Assembly (NCBI RefSeq): GCF_001194135.2
Contig: NC_068981.1
Location: 37,921,038-37,985,037, forward strand
Length of the DNA stretch: 64,000 nucleotides
Direction: 5' to 3'
DNA from: Octopus bimaculoides
Taxonomy: Eukaryota
The notes under the pieces: generated by a model
What the model was told of the DNA's origin: nothing
The model's database searches: none
Seen by the model: only the letters and a program-made list of their open reading frames with translations
Shown here: piece after piece, positions 12,901-25,416 of the stretch
Layout of the letters: the number at the start of each line of letters is the position of its first letter
Numbering within the stretch: position 1 is the first letter of the stretch
Made by a program: the position numbers and the translations under genes

Positions 12901-13000
12901 AAGTTAGTGAATTTTTGTTGTTGAGTGTGGGAATACAGTTTGTATCTGATGATGTACCGTCAAAGCATGTACACAAAAAGTTTTTCCATTGTTATTACTA
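9930..13000 (-). mobile_element. Decayed Ty3/Gypsy LTR retrotransposon internal region (gag-protease-RT-RNaseH-integrase)
   Basis: In order on the minus strand: gag-like VTADVNQGGNIGELFIS (~12700); post-protease SIILGHDFLK (~11975); RT YTVFQVSRCLFQF...VFQRVM and VHTYINDVVTSKTMEDHDGNL (~11540-11380); FNYYSK (11180); integrase FSELKPQFF (~10550), HSDQRSQYVS (~10310), FHAIRSSICT (~10090). Many stops and frameshifts; LTRs not recognised. Confidence 0.8.
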
Positions 13001-13500
13001 TATTTCACAGCACAAAGGCGAATCTCAGAATATTTTCTGGCAGAACTTGTGAAAATAATTGTTACAGAGTTTTAACCAAATAAATTATCATGACAAGATA
13101 TTTGGTGCCATAAAACAAATCATTTTATTTCTCTAAACCTTCTGATATTAGTATTCAGAATACAAGTGAAACATGTACACATTTATTGCAAATGGCTGGC
13201 TGCCAGCCAGCTTACGACTAGTGTATACCATAATGAAACTGGACCGATTTTGTAGATCTAATGAATATATTGCTTATGCATATACTCTCTCTCTTTCTCC
13301 CTCTCTCTCTCATACACACTCACATAAACATACATGCATATATATTAATTTTAGTAAATATATTTCACTAACGAGCATATTGTTATACAAACAAGCAACA
13401 GCAGTGTTAATTGTTTACAGCATTGTTCATTTGTAGATGATTCAGTTTAGGGTTAGGGTTACTAAACACTCCTGTGGATAAAAATTTGTAAAACAAATCA

Positions 13501-13502
13501 TG

Positions 13503-13556
<54 letters not shown>
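13501..13556. repeat. (TA)n(TG)n microsatellite
   Basis: Direct inspection. Confidence 0.95.
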
Positions 13557-13557
<1 letters not shown>

Positions 13558-13569
13558 ATACACACTTAC

Positions 13570-13890
13570 ATGTATGGTTCAGTGGTTTCAGTGATGAGCT
13601 GAGAATCATGAGGTAGTGACTTTGATTCCTGGCATGAGCTGTGTTGCGTTCTTGAGCAAGACACTGTATTTCATGTTGCTCCTGTTCACTCAGCTGTAGA
13701 AATGAGTTGCAGCATCATTGGTGCCAAGCTGTATTGGCCTTTGCCTTTCCCTTGGATAATACCAGTGGTGTGGAGAGGGAAGGCTGGTATGTATGGGTGA
13801 CTGCTGGACTTCCATAAACAAATCTGCCTGGACTTGTGCCTCAGCAGGGAAATTCCTAGGTACAATCTCATGGTCATTCATGACTGGTAC
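13570..13890 (+). mobile_element. tRNA-headed SINE with ttgagcaagacact central domain
   Basis: Colinear with the reverse complement of 55115-55466 (gttcttgagcaagacact...gttcactcagctgtagaaatgagttgc...ggtgccaagctgtat). Confidence 0.8.
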
Positions 13891-14063
13891 CACCATCGGC
13901 TGTGCTACACTGTTATTTGAAAAATCCTCTGATATGTGGCTTTGGTGAATGATATATATATGTGTGTGTGTGTGTGTATCATATTATATATTATATAAAT
14001 AAAGTTAGATAAGGCTAGTTAATGGGATTACCCTGGCATTCATGTCCATAAACATTTAGCTTT

Positions 14064-14237
14064 TGCCCCTGGACTGGCTCATGTGCGGGCGACACATGAA
14101 ACCTTTCGAGCGAGATCGTTGCCGGTGCCCCTGGGCTGGCTGTTGTGCGGGTGACACATGAGGTTTTTTGAGCGAGATCATTGCCAGTGCCCCTGGACTG
14201 GCTCATGTGCGGGCGACATGAAATCTTTCGAGCGCCA
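14064..14237 (+). repeat. 62 bp tandem repeat running into an assembly gap
   Basis: Unit tgcccctggactggctcatgtgcgggcgacacatgaaacctttcgagcgagatcgttgccgg starts at 14064, 14126 and 14188. Confidence 0.9.
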
Positions 14238-15055
14238 NNNNNNNNNNNNNNNNNNNNNNNNNNNNNNNNNNNNNNNNNNNNNNNNNNNNNNNNNNNNNNN
14301 NNNNNNNNNNNNNNNNNNNNNNNNNNNNNNNNNNNNNNNNNNNNNNNNNNNNNNNNNNNNNNNNNNNNNNNNNNNNNNNNNNNNNNNNNNNNNNNNNNNN
14401 NNNNNNNNNNNNNNNNNNNNNNNNNNNNNNNNNNNNNNNNNNNNNNNNNNNNNNNNNNNNNNNNNNNNNNNNNNNNNNNNNNNNNNNNNNNNNNNNNNNN
14501 NNNNNNNNNNNNNNNNNNNNNNNNNNNNNNNNNNNNNNNNNNNNNNNNNNNNNNNNNNNNNNNNNNNNNNNNNNNNNNNNNNNNNNNNNNNNNNNNNNNN
14601 NNNNNNNNNNNNNNNNNNNNNNNNNNNNNNNNNNNNNNNNNNNNNNNNNNNNNNNNNNNNNNNNNNNNNNNNNNNNNNNNNNNNNNNNNNNNNNNNNNNN
14701 NNNNNNNNNNNNNNNNNNNNNNNNNNNNNNNNNNNNNNNNNNNNNNNNNNNNNNNNNNNNNNNNNNNNNNNNNNNNNNNNNNNNNNNNNNNNNNNNNNNN
14801 NNNNNNNNNNNNNNNNNNNNNNNNNNNNNNNNNNNNNNNNNNNNNNNNNNNNNNNNNNNNNNNNNNNNNNNNNNNNNNNNNNNNNNNNNNNNNNNNNNNN
14901 NNNNNNNNNNNNNNNNNNNNNNNNNNNNNNNNNNNNNNNNNNNNNNNNNNNNNNNNNNNNNNNNNNNNNNNNNNNNNNNNNNNNNNNNNNNNNNNNNNNN
15001 NNNNNNNNNNNNNNNNNNNNNNNNNNNNNNNNNNNNNNNNNNNNNNNNNNNNNNN
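14238..15055. other. Assembly gap (N run)
   Basis: Run of N; the end coordinate is accurate to about 1 base. Confidence 0.99.

Positions 15056-15113
<58 letters not shown>
15056..15113. repeat. (TA)n microsatellite
   Basis: Direct inspection. Confidence 0.95.
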
Positions 15114-15117
<4 letters not shown>

Positions 15118-15329
15118 ACATATTTTACATATGTATATACATATATGTGCATACATACATTCATATGTATGTGTAATATATATATATATATGCATATAGC
15201 AGTGATAAATATACACACCATTTGTCAACAAGCAAGATATATTCTCTGTGACAAAATGCAGTGAGTAGCTTGTTCCCCAGTTCAAACATGCATCAAGCAT
15301 ATTTGGACTTATAATAACATTACAATATA

Positions 15330-15720
15330 TATGGCCAATGCCAGTGTTGCATGTCCAGCCCATTTAAGAGTACCCTTGATGCATCGGCTGATATGATATG
15401 CTTGAGAAGTTCTGTTGAGTCAAGTAAAGCCAAAATTGCAGCTGTGGCCAGTGCCCCCTGACTGGCTCTCGTTCTGGTGGCATGTAAAATTCATCATTCA
15501 AATGTGGTCAGTGCCAGTGTCCTCTGACTGGCTCCTGTGACTGACATATAAAAAGCACCATCCAAATGTGGTCGATGCCAGGTCTGCCTGACTGACTCCC
15601 ATGTCAGTGGCACATAAAAAGCACCATCTGAACGTGGCTGATGCCAGTACCCCCTGACTGGCTCCCATGCCAGTCACACATAAAAAGCACTATCTGAACA
15701 TGATTGATGCCAGGCCCACC
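15330..15720 (+). mobile_element. RTE-tail-type repeat with ~4-5 degenerate ~63 bp internal units
   Basis: Repeated gccagtgccccctgactggctc...ggcacataaaaagcaccatc; reverse complement of units in 45628-45830 and 47500-47660. Confidence 0.75.
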
Positions 15721-16479
15721 TATGCAGTTATGATGATATGGAGTTGGCCTTCACGAGGTAGAGACCCAAGTACCACCTATTTCTTGAAGTTGGAAACAAT
15801 GGGCTTGTAACAACTTACCTCTGTGTAACAACTAGACCCGGTCTTCTTTACAAATGATAAAGAAGATTAAAGGGGAGGAAATAAGGCCTTATAAGTCCAA
15901 CAACTGTTTCTGGGGGTTCAGTGATCCATTATAATGTTGGTTGATATACTTCATTACAATATACAAGTTGCAATCAAAACTGGATAAAATGAGAGTCATC
16001 AGGGTAGAAAAGATCTTACATTTCAGGTCATAGTGCAGAGAATTTTGAAGGTGAAATGACTGAACCCCAAAATGTTCCCTATGTATATATAGGCAGGCTC
16101 CCCCATACACCATAAACCTTGGCATTTGTAAATTGTGTTTAAGGGAATTGCTATCTATCCTTTGGAAGCAAAACACCTCATTACTTAATAGATTCTTAGA
16201 TGTAATACTCCCTTGTAAATACATGTTATACTCATTATTTGTCCATTGTATTAAATTTATGTAATCAAATAACTATGATTATTCTTAGATATAATTAACC
16301 TTGGGGTACAACTAGGTTGTGCTAGCGACTTACCCCCTCCACTAATACCACCCTTTCTACTAAGTTAGTCCTCATGATACCTTTGCAAATTCCTCTTACC
16401 CACCACATCCCACCTCCCTCATGGCCTTTCCCCATTATACATACAACATACACACATACATATATGTATACACACACAA

Positions 16480-16516
<37 letters not shown>

Positions 16517-17163
16517 GAGAGAGAGGGAGGAAAAGGCAGAGAGGGAGAGATATAACAAGGATACAAACTTGTACGTATATATTTTTGATCAGGAAAAATA
16601 GATTTAATAGAAATGTATTTTATTTCACTTCATCCTGACATCTCATTACATAAGATTATGTCCACACTTCTGCCTTATTTACAAATATCTACACTTTCAA
16701 AAATATCTGCTATTTCATTTTCATTGAAGATTACTCCTGATTTAGAACAATATACATTGGGAGTATGAAAGAAATTGTGTCAACTTCTTGAAATTCTGAG
16801 TTCAAATAGCCTCTAAGTCATCATTCCCTTTCATCCTTTCAGGGCCGATAAAATATAATACCAGTCAAGTATTGAGGTCAGAGAAAGCAACCACCCCACC
16901 ACTCCAATCTCTTGCCTTGCATCAAAGTTTAAACAATTATTACTTTTGAGAATGAAGGGAAATTTCTTTAATGCATCTTTCTTGAACATAGATCAAAGCT
17001 ACAGTTTCTTATCCTTCTAAACATCGTATACAATGAAAAACAAATTGTAATAACAATGTTTGTGAGTGGAATTTCAGATATTGTACATCATGTCCTTTTT
17101 TTCTTTTTGCTTTTACAATAAATATGAAATATATAAGATAGATATATAAACATGAATATAAAG

Positions 17164-17293
17164 AATAATAATGATGATGATGATGTTGATAGGGGTGATG
17201 GTGGTGATGAGGTGGTGACTGTGGTGGTAGTGGTCATCGTTGCTGTTGTCAGCATCATCATTGTCTCCACGGTGGTCAGGATAATGATGATGT

Positions 17294-17324
<31 letters not shown>

Positions 17325-17365
17325 GTTGATGGTAGTAATGGTGGTGCTGCTGCTACTGATGATGA
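17164..17365. repeat. Compound GAT/GGT trinucleotide low-complexity tract
   Basis: Direct inspection. Confidence 0.9.
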
Positions 17366-18075
17366 AAAAATAGAAATTGATAAGCAAAGGAACTAAAGGA
17401 ATCTATTTTCTTTCTTTTAGGTTGAAGAAAATCAACTTCTCGCTGCTGAATTTTCTTGAAGAAAATATTGAATTCTTTGTAGTTCACCTGTTTTATTACT
17501 AACGATTGCAACAACGTTTCTTCTTCATCTTTTCTATCATGAGTCTTTGATGTCTATGTCTTGCAGTGACTCTATGACAATCCTGTCAAGTTGTTAGATA
17601 TATTTTTTCTTTACTATGTTATCTATTTTAGTTCTATTTATTAATCTCTCAATATATTTTTCTTCATTCAGCCCTAAACCATCCTGAGGCATACAGATTT
17701 TGACACGCTGAAAAATAATTGTTTGTGAAATTGCTATTTCTGAAGAAACAGGGAAACAAATTCAGCTTCTGAAATTGAAATAGAGTTTAAAAAAAAAGAC
17801 AAGAACCAAAAAATATTTTCAAAAATGAAAGCCTTCAAATACTTGTATCTATACAAATAAATACATAATATACATTATTGAACATTAATTCTACCATAGC
17901 AGTCATAATGTTTCATGTATTGGTATAATACTTCTTTTTTCACAACATAACTTTATATAAACGGTTCCAACAGTAATAAAATTAGTTGGACATATTCCTT
18001 TTATCATCAAAGGACTTTAGATTAACACGCCATATTGATATTGATATATCTCAGTCTTTGTCAATCAATCAGTCA

Positions 18076-18190
18076 GTCATCATCATCGTTGTCATCATCG
18101 TCATCATCGTCGTTGTCACCGTTGTTGTCGTCGTTATCATCATCATCATCATCATTATCATCATCAACAACAACAACAATAGCAATAAAA
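18076..18190. repeat. CAT/CGT/CAA trinucleotide tract
   Basis: Direct inspection. Confidence 0.9.
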
Positions 18191-20622
18191 ACAACAGCAC
18201 TATTATAAGTTGGACAATTACTATTGCCACATCATCATTATGATAAAAATTATCATGACCATCAATACTACAATCTAACTTACTGTTTTCTTTATTGGCA
18301 GTTTAAGTACCACCACCATCACCACCACCACTACTACTGCTGTCATCATATTAACTATTAGTATTTATAATAGTAGCTTTTATCTTTTATTTTTGTAAAG
18401 CAGTCTGTAAATAAACTCTTACTTGGTGAGATTCAAATAATTGTCAAATATTTAAGTTTCAGTCTAGGTTTGCAAAACTTACTTCAAAATTGTTTGGTTT
18501 AGTCAGTAATGCTGTAAGTTGGATGACACTATAAATAATGATTTATCTCTTTAATACCTGAACTTTATATTTTCCACATTTTACTTATGTGTAAGTTAAA
18601 AAGATAAAAAGAGAAATGTGTGAAATAAATAACGATACTATTGCAAAAAATATATATAGGCTTGCTAAGGACTCGAACAAATGTTATTTTCGTGAGCAAG
18701 TTTGAATATGTGATAATGTCCTCTTTTCCCTGTTCATTGGTTGTCAACCCAAAGCTTGGATGTCTGTTGACATAGGGATAACAGTGACCCATCGGAGAAA
18801 TGAAACCTGCGAGGTAGAATGGCTCCTGCAGTGTGTTGCTGGCTATTTACCACAGCAATGCCATTATGGTCATTACAGCAGGGTGCAGCTGAGCACATCA
18901 TTTGTTCAGGGGTACATGGCACGCCGGCTCCTCTCCCTCCATCTTCTGCTGTTTTATCATCCTCCCCTTACTTTTTCTTTTCTTTCTTATCCTTTCTTCC
19001 CTCTCTTTTTGCATGTTCCTTTCTATTTAAATAATTAATGTTTATTATTTAAAGAAAAAAGTTTTAATATACAGAACTATTACTGTATAAGGCATTGTAG
19101 GTCTGAGCATGAAGCCAAGATTCACCCAGTTTTCACCAAATTTATGATAAAAGTTTTGGATTATGACTTTGGTTTTGTATTAATTTGTAATATTTTCTTT
19201 TGTATGTGTAGATAAATTTCTATCTGGTTCGTATGAGTTTTTTTCTGAATTATTTTCTGATATTGTTTTTGCAGCTTCACTTTCATTATTATATGTTAGT
19301 TCTTTAATTAAAACATGTTTCAAATTAATGAGATTAAGCCCATTTTTCTCGTGTAATATATTATTTTAAATATAGCAATACCTAATTTTTTTTATAGTAC
19401 ATAATATGCTTTCAAGTAATTAATTTAGATTATGTCCATACTTTTTTCTAAATTTTTTATAGTACATAACATGTTATCTTAGTTGTTATAAAATTTTTAT
19501 AATCAATTTGCTGAGTTTTAAGGTATGTGTAATTCACTCTCAATAGTTTCCTTACACTACTTAAGCTATTTCTCTTATTCTTTCCATTTAAGCTTTCCCA
19601 CAGACACATATACTCAAATACACACATACACCCACACACACATGCATACACACACTTACACATGCATATGCATATAATGGTCTTTTACTATAGTCCTAAG
19701 TATTGGCTGTACAGGAGCAATAGTAGAAAATGCTTACCTAAGGGCCTATGTATGAATAAATGAAGGGCTTCTGCACAGTTTCCATCCTCAGAATTCCACT
19801 CTCAAGGCATTGGTAAATATAAGGCTATGGTAGAAGGCAGGTGCTAACAAGTGAGATTGAACCCAGATTCATATGTTTAGAGAGTGAATTTCTTAACCAT
19901 ACAATCTTTCCTGTGTCAGAGACATTAGAATCAGGTATTTTAAATGCAAACTGATACAAAAAAGTAAATAAATAAATGAATAAATTTCTAAGTTCTTTAA
20001 TTTGAGGACATGACAGAAATATGATGATGCATATAACTTTTTAAACTCGAGTACCAAAGATTGATCAAACACTTTTTACTTTTACTTCATAATACAGAGA
20101 GTGGAATTAGAAAGAGGATTAAGTTATTTAGTTGTAAAACTGCTATGATTGCAAACAATCATACAAACGTCGAAATTTGAAAACTAACTCATCTATGCCA
20201 TTATAAAGAAAGAGATATTCTATTCAAACACAACACACACATATACTTTCATGCATGCAAACCCACATACTTATAAATATACATATACAAACACAGACAC
20301 ACATGTGCATATAAATGTATTCACACAGAAAGAGAAAAGGAATGAAATAGGGAAATGGAAAATAAAAATTGAGGATATTACAGATATCTAACTTCAAAGA
20401 AGTATTTTGAATAACTAACCAGTGACAGGATTATATAGAATTTGCCTGTTAAAATGATGATAATGAAAGACATTATGTTGATGATAATAGTATTGATAAG
20501 GTGTGGAAACAAGAAATATAATGATTCATTACACCAATGACATTAGCTTAAAAAAACAGGTTTCCTTTAAATTTTAATGTTAGAATTTATCATCCTTGTT
20601 GAGTGTGAGTTTCTGCAATTAG

Positions 20623-20712
20623 TAACAACAACAACAACAACAACAGCAGCAGCAACAGCAACAACAACAACAACCACAGCAGCAGCAACAACAACAACAA
20701 CAACAATAATGA
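20623..20712. repeat. (CAA/CAG)n tract
   Basis: Direct inspection. Confidence 0.9.
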
Positions 20713-21776
20713 TAAAAGCGAAGAAAGTGAAAAGAAGTATATGAGATTCACACTTAGTTGTCAGGTTTGTCTTTTATCTACAAGAATATCTGACTAGCTA
20801 CCTAGCTTACATTCTAACACTTTGTTCTTATCTATGGCTGTCATCACTGGTTGTCATCACAACCAGTCTACAGCTATGAGTCATGGATTGCATCCAATCC
20901 AGCATGCATATGGAACATCTCTGATACCATCTGCATTAACAGACAAGGACTACGTAGCTTATCTGGACTGAGACAATTTTATTGAACCAGACATGGTCTA
21001 ATAAATGCATGAGACTTTGGCAACATGACAAATCTCTGCCTATCAATTTGTATGAAAATAAATTAAATGTATAAAATAAGAGAAATATCTTGACAATAAT
21101 GCAAAGGTAAATAAATTAATACTGCAATAACTTAAGGGGCTTACATTTCTACGTATGGAAGTAAATGACAAACAAGCCTGCCTTACTACTGCAACAAAGT
21201 AACTGCTGACATTATTCATCCTTTAAGCAAGCATTGCATAAATTTACATCAACTATTTCTTTCACGTGTTAAATAGTTGTCTAGTTAAGTTGCTGCACTA
21301 TCACCAATCCAAGGGTCATAGGATCTAATACTGCTTTTGGCTTGGTTTCAAATTCTATAGTGAAGAATATTTCCTGGTTTGGACTTAATTGAAAGATAAT
21401 TACTTACTCAATTTTATAATTATGTATTCAGAGTGAGGAAGTTCCAGGACACTCTTATTCCTATTGATAAATGGTGCAAAACTGGTGGTTGAGTGAAAGT
21501 CTTTGATTATTCTTTACGGGTTCCAATTACATATATACAATAAGCTTTCTTTAATGTTTCTTGAAAGTACAATGAATCCTAATATGCTTTATTTCTTCTA
21601 TAACAAATATTCTGAGAATTCTAACTTGTATTTAAAACTGTTCTCCTATGCAGAGATGATATTTCTTTATTTCATATGCATGTAATTATTTTGAAACTGG
21701 TGTCAGACACTAGCTTTAATAGTTCTCACAGTAGAAATGAATTGTCTTTACTCTGTCATATATGTGCCAAGCTGAA

Positions 21777-21883
21777 AGGAGAGAAAGAGAGAGAGAGAGA
21801 GAGTGAGAGAGAGTGAGAGAGAGAGAGGAGAGAAAGTGAGAGAGAGAGGGAGATAGAGAGAGATAGAGAGAGTGAGAGAGAGG

Positions 21884-21929
<46 letters not shown>
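21777..21929. repeat. (GA)n microsatellite
   Basis: Direct inspection. Confidence 0.95.
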
Positions 21930-21933
<4 letters not shown>

Positions 21934-24312
21934 TCTGCTCAGTTAACATATTTAATGAGGTAGAGTTTATTAGGTTATTATTATATTTATCCTTATTGGT
22001 AGGTTGAAAACATGGTTTTTTAGAATAGTTTTAAATGTCTAACTCTCATTATTAAAAATGAATTAAAGACTTTACATCGTGCAAGAAATATTCAATGAGA
22101 GCCAATAACTCAAAATCTCTTTGTTTCATTTATGAATAGCATGATCTCTACTTGTTTTCAGGATCTTTGCTGCTATAAAATTAAAAGTTGTATCTACATC
22201 CCGTTGCTTGTTTGCTGGAAAAGAGATATTTTAGATTAATGAAAATTACTTCTTTGAACTTTAGTTTGCATATCTTGTAACAGTTGCCAGCACATTATAA
22301 CAAGGAAAGAAAGATGTAACTGTGACAGATCTTCAAGTTTAAAAATTCTCATTTTCCTATTGTAAATGTGAGCTCAGCCTTAATTGGTGAATTGAGTCTA
22401 CACAGAGATTACTCTGTATAACACAGAGAAGGATTGATAATACATTTTCAATCAGCTAATAATCATTTTATCCATCATACTTAAAAATATTTACAAACGA
22501 TACTTACAAAAAATTACTGAAAAGTATTTGTAAGTATTTGTTTGAGTGAAAATTCAAATTATTGAAAAGACTATAATTTTCTTAAATTGAAACTACATGG
22601 CTTACATATAATAGAAATTATATCTAAATAATCTTTACAGATAACATATCTATATGTATTGTGTCTATTTCTGAGAGAGCATAGGGAAAGACATCTACAA
22701 AGGAAAATTGTTCTGCTGACAGTTTCAAAAGAAATCAATTTAAGTTTAATGCAGAAAGGTAAGAAAACATGCACACACGCACACACACACACATACACAC
22801 ACACACTCGCAGACACACACACATGCAGACACACACACATGCACACACACACACCATTATAACTGTGATGTCTTATTGCAGCAGCATTGAATCAATACTG
22901 TTTAGCTTCACTGTAAAACAGTGCTGGACTATATTCTAGATGACTTGTTTGTAATCCAGTTAGTCTCAGTCAAACAGCTCTGTGACCATAGATGTTTCAT
23001 TTGTGACCACCTTGCCATTTGTTCCAGGCACAGTGTATTTTGGATTACATTATAAAATTTCTTTTTCTATGACAAGATATTCCAATTGTTTGTTGCTATT
23101 GAAGTAGTAGTAGTTGTTCTGTTGTTTAACCCCCAAGTCTGTCTGACTGAAGAAACTTGTGATCAAAGGTATTTCAGCCACAACCCTTATGTCCTTTTTA
23201 GGGAATGTTGAACTCTATTATCCTGTGTGTCCTTAAGATGGCTGATCCAGCAGTGCTTTTCTTTTTTGCAGATTAAGCAACCATGTAGAAGCATCCTTGT
23301 TTAGTCATGTTTCAATTAATGACATACATTAGTGCTTTAGTGCAAGGTATCCACCTGAATATGAAGCAATATAGATTTCACACATTGAGATAATATTGAG
23401 TTTGCGGATTGTGTTGAGTTCATAAAATAATAGATGTGTAGAGGTTTATGTATCCATGCAGACATGCATCGTATGTTCACTAGAATGTGAAATAGCAAAT
23501 TTTAAAATTACCTCCAATATTTGTTCTTCTTTTCAAATCCATATATCAAGATTTCTATATCTTTATCTACAAAGAAATTAAAAGAAAGTGAAGAAAAATT
23601 ATTCAAAAGTCTTTCATTTTATCAATACTAAATATGTTTAAATCCAAATCTTAATTTAATTTTGTTTCCATCAGACTTCTTTATTTTCCATATGAAGAAC
23701 AAAAAGAAATAAAATTTTTAAAAGTGAACTAAAATTGTAAGAATATGTTTTACAGACAATGGCAACAGAATTTAAAAGAATGCATGCGGAGATTGCTTAT
23801 CAAATTTATAAACAATTTTATTCTAATTTTAATCTTCATTATTAAATTGCTCTGTATTTCAACTGGTTACAAAATGTCTGAAACAGAAACTTCCAAGATA
23901 ATATTACAATTAAAAGAAAAAAGTTAAGAAGATAATTTGGTTAAAACTGGATTGTAAATTACTTTGGCATGGAAAAAACAATTTCAATTTATATTCAATA
24001 CTGTCACTATTATTTTCTTTGGTCAGATAGAAACAAAAGAAAAATATTTATGAAAATTGTTTTTAAATAATTAAAGAATTTTGAATATCCTTTAATAATG
24101 ATAATAAACTTTATTATATTACACCAATTTTATTTTCAATTTTTCCCCTCAAAACATTTTATATGTTATTAACTTCGAATGCCTGTGAAATATAGATAGT
24201 TATCTAACTGAGTATTATGACATTTTTGAAATTGCCAAAGGTTATTGAAAATTAAAAAGTAGTTGCAGTAGTATTGCCACTTATAGAAGTATTAATAATA
24301 AGATGAGGCAAT

Positions 24313-24322
24313 AGTAATAATA

Positions 24323-24383
<61 letters not shown>

Positions 24384-24420
24384 TAATAACAACAACAACA
24401 ATAAGGATAATCATGATAAT
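24313..24420. repeat. (TAA)n microsatellite
   Basis: Direct inspection. Confidence 0.95.
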
Positions 24421-25416
24421 ATGTATTAGAAAATCCAATTTTAGGTGGAAATTACATTTCTCAAGCAGTTTCAGGAAATTCAAAATTCAAGTAATTGTTC
24501 TCATCTACTTATGTAGATTATTGTAGAAAACTGTTATTGAATAAATTGTAAAGAAAAAAATTACCTAGAATCAATGAATAATGGAATCGTGTTGGTGATT
24601 TTTTGTGGGAAGTGAAGGGGTGAAAATATAAGATAGCTGCCTTTTTATTGAGTAAAATAGTTATGAATGCATATATGGTATAAGAAAATATTAGAAAATT
24701 AGAAAAAAAAAAGCAATGAGATTACAAAGAAATAGAACAAAAATAAATCTACAGAAACCAAATTTCAGTTTATAAATAGTTTTATTTTCTTACCTCTTTT
24801 ATTAGTAATTTTTTTTCCCGCATTTGAAAAGCAATCATGCCATCATTATTGAAAACCAGAGAGATTGACTAACAGAAAATTTGGAATAAAATTTTAAATT
24901 GATATACACAGCTAACAAAGATATTTTTCAAGTAGCATCCACTCATAATTAGCCCTAGATTGACTGATGATTGTATTTTGTATAGATTTCTTTAAAATAA
25001 TTGACTTCAGAAGAATGTTAAGTTAAAATATCCTGATAAATTATCCTGAACTTATTATTATTGTCCACAATTCACAGCCATAATTATCACAACACATTAT
25101 AATGGCTTCATCTTTGTAATACTATGAAATAGAGTGTGTTTCATAAATAATTCTTTGTTGAAAATTTCTCTCTTAAATTCTTTTATACATGAAGCATAGC
25201 TTTCAAAGATCTAATCCAGCTACTTCAATTCAATTTCTTTTATAATATGCTTGTTTCTTGAATCTTTGCTAACCCAAAAGCTATCTTACTAGAGTACTGC
25301 TAATCTATGAATCAATAAGTGAAGTTCCAACAGGTTGAAAATATAGCACCATCATATCAGATCCCACCATCTAAAGGAAGAGCCCATTAAGGTAGTCATT
25401 GATATACAGTCTGAAT

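Noticed and set aside
13449-13462. ttagggttagggtt telomere-like motif
   Set aside because: Only about two units; not evidence of an interstitial telomere.
14015-15363. Five 330-390 aa ORFs in the track
   Set aside because: They are open only because they cross the N gap and (TA)n.
18650-18960. GC-richer block with overlapping 60-90 aa ORFs on both strands
   Set aside because: No convincing domain; it may be a Tx1/L1 3' scrap but I cannot support a call.
20623-20764. Poly-Q or poly-N/S coding tract with a CAG|GTTTGT donor
   Set aside because: The poly-Q frame stops immediately; the poly-N frame has a weak acceptor; similar trinucleotide tracts are everywhere in the window.
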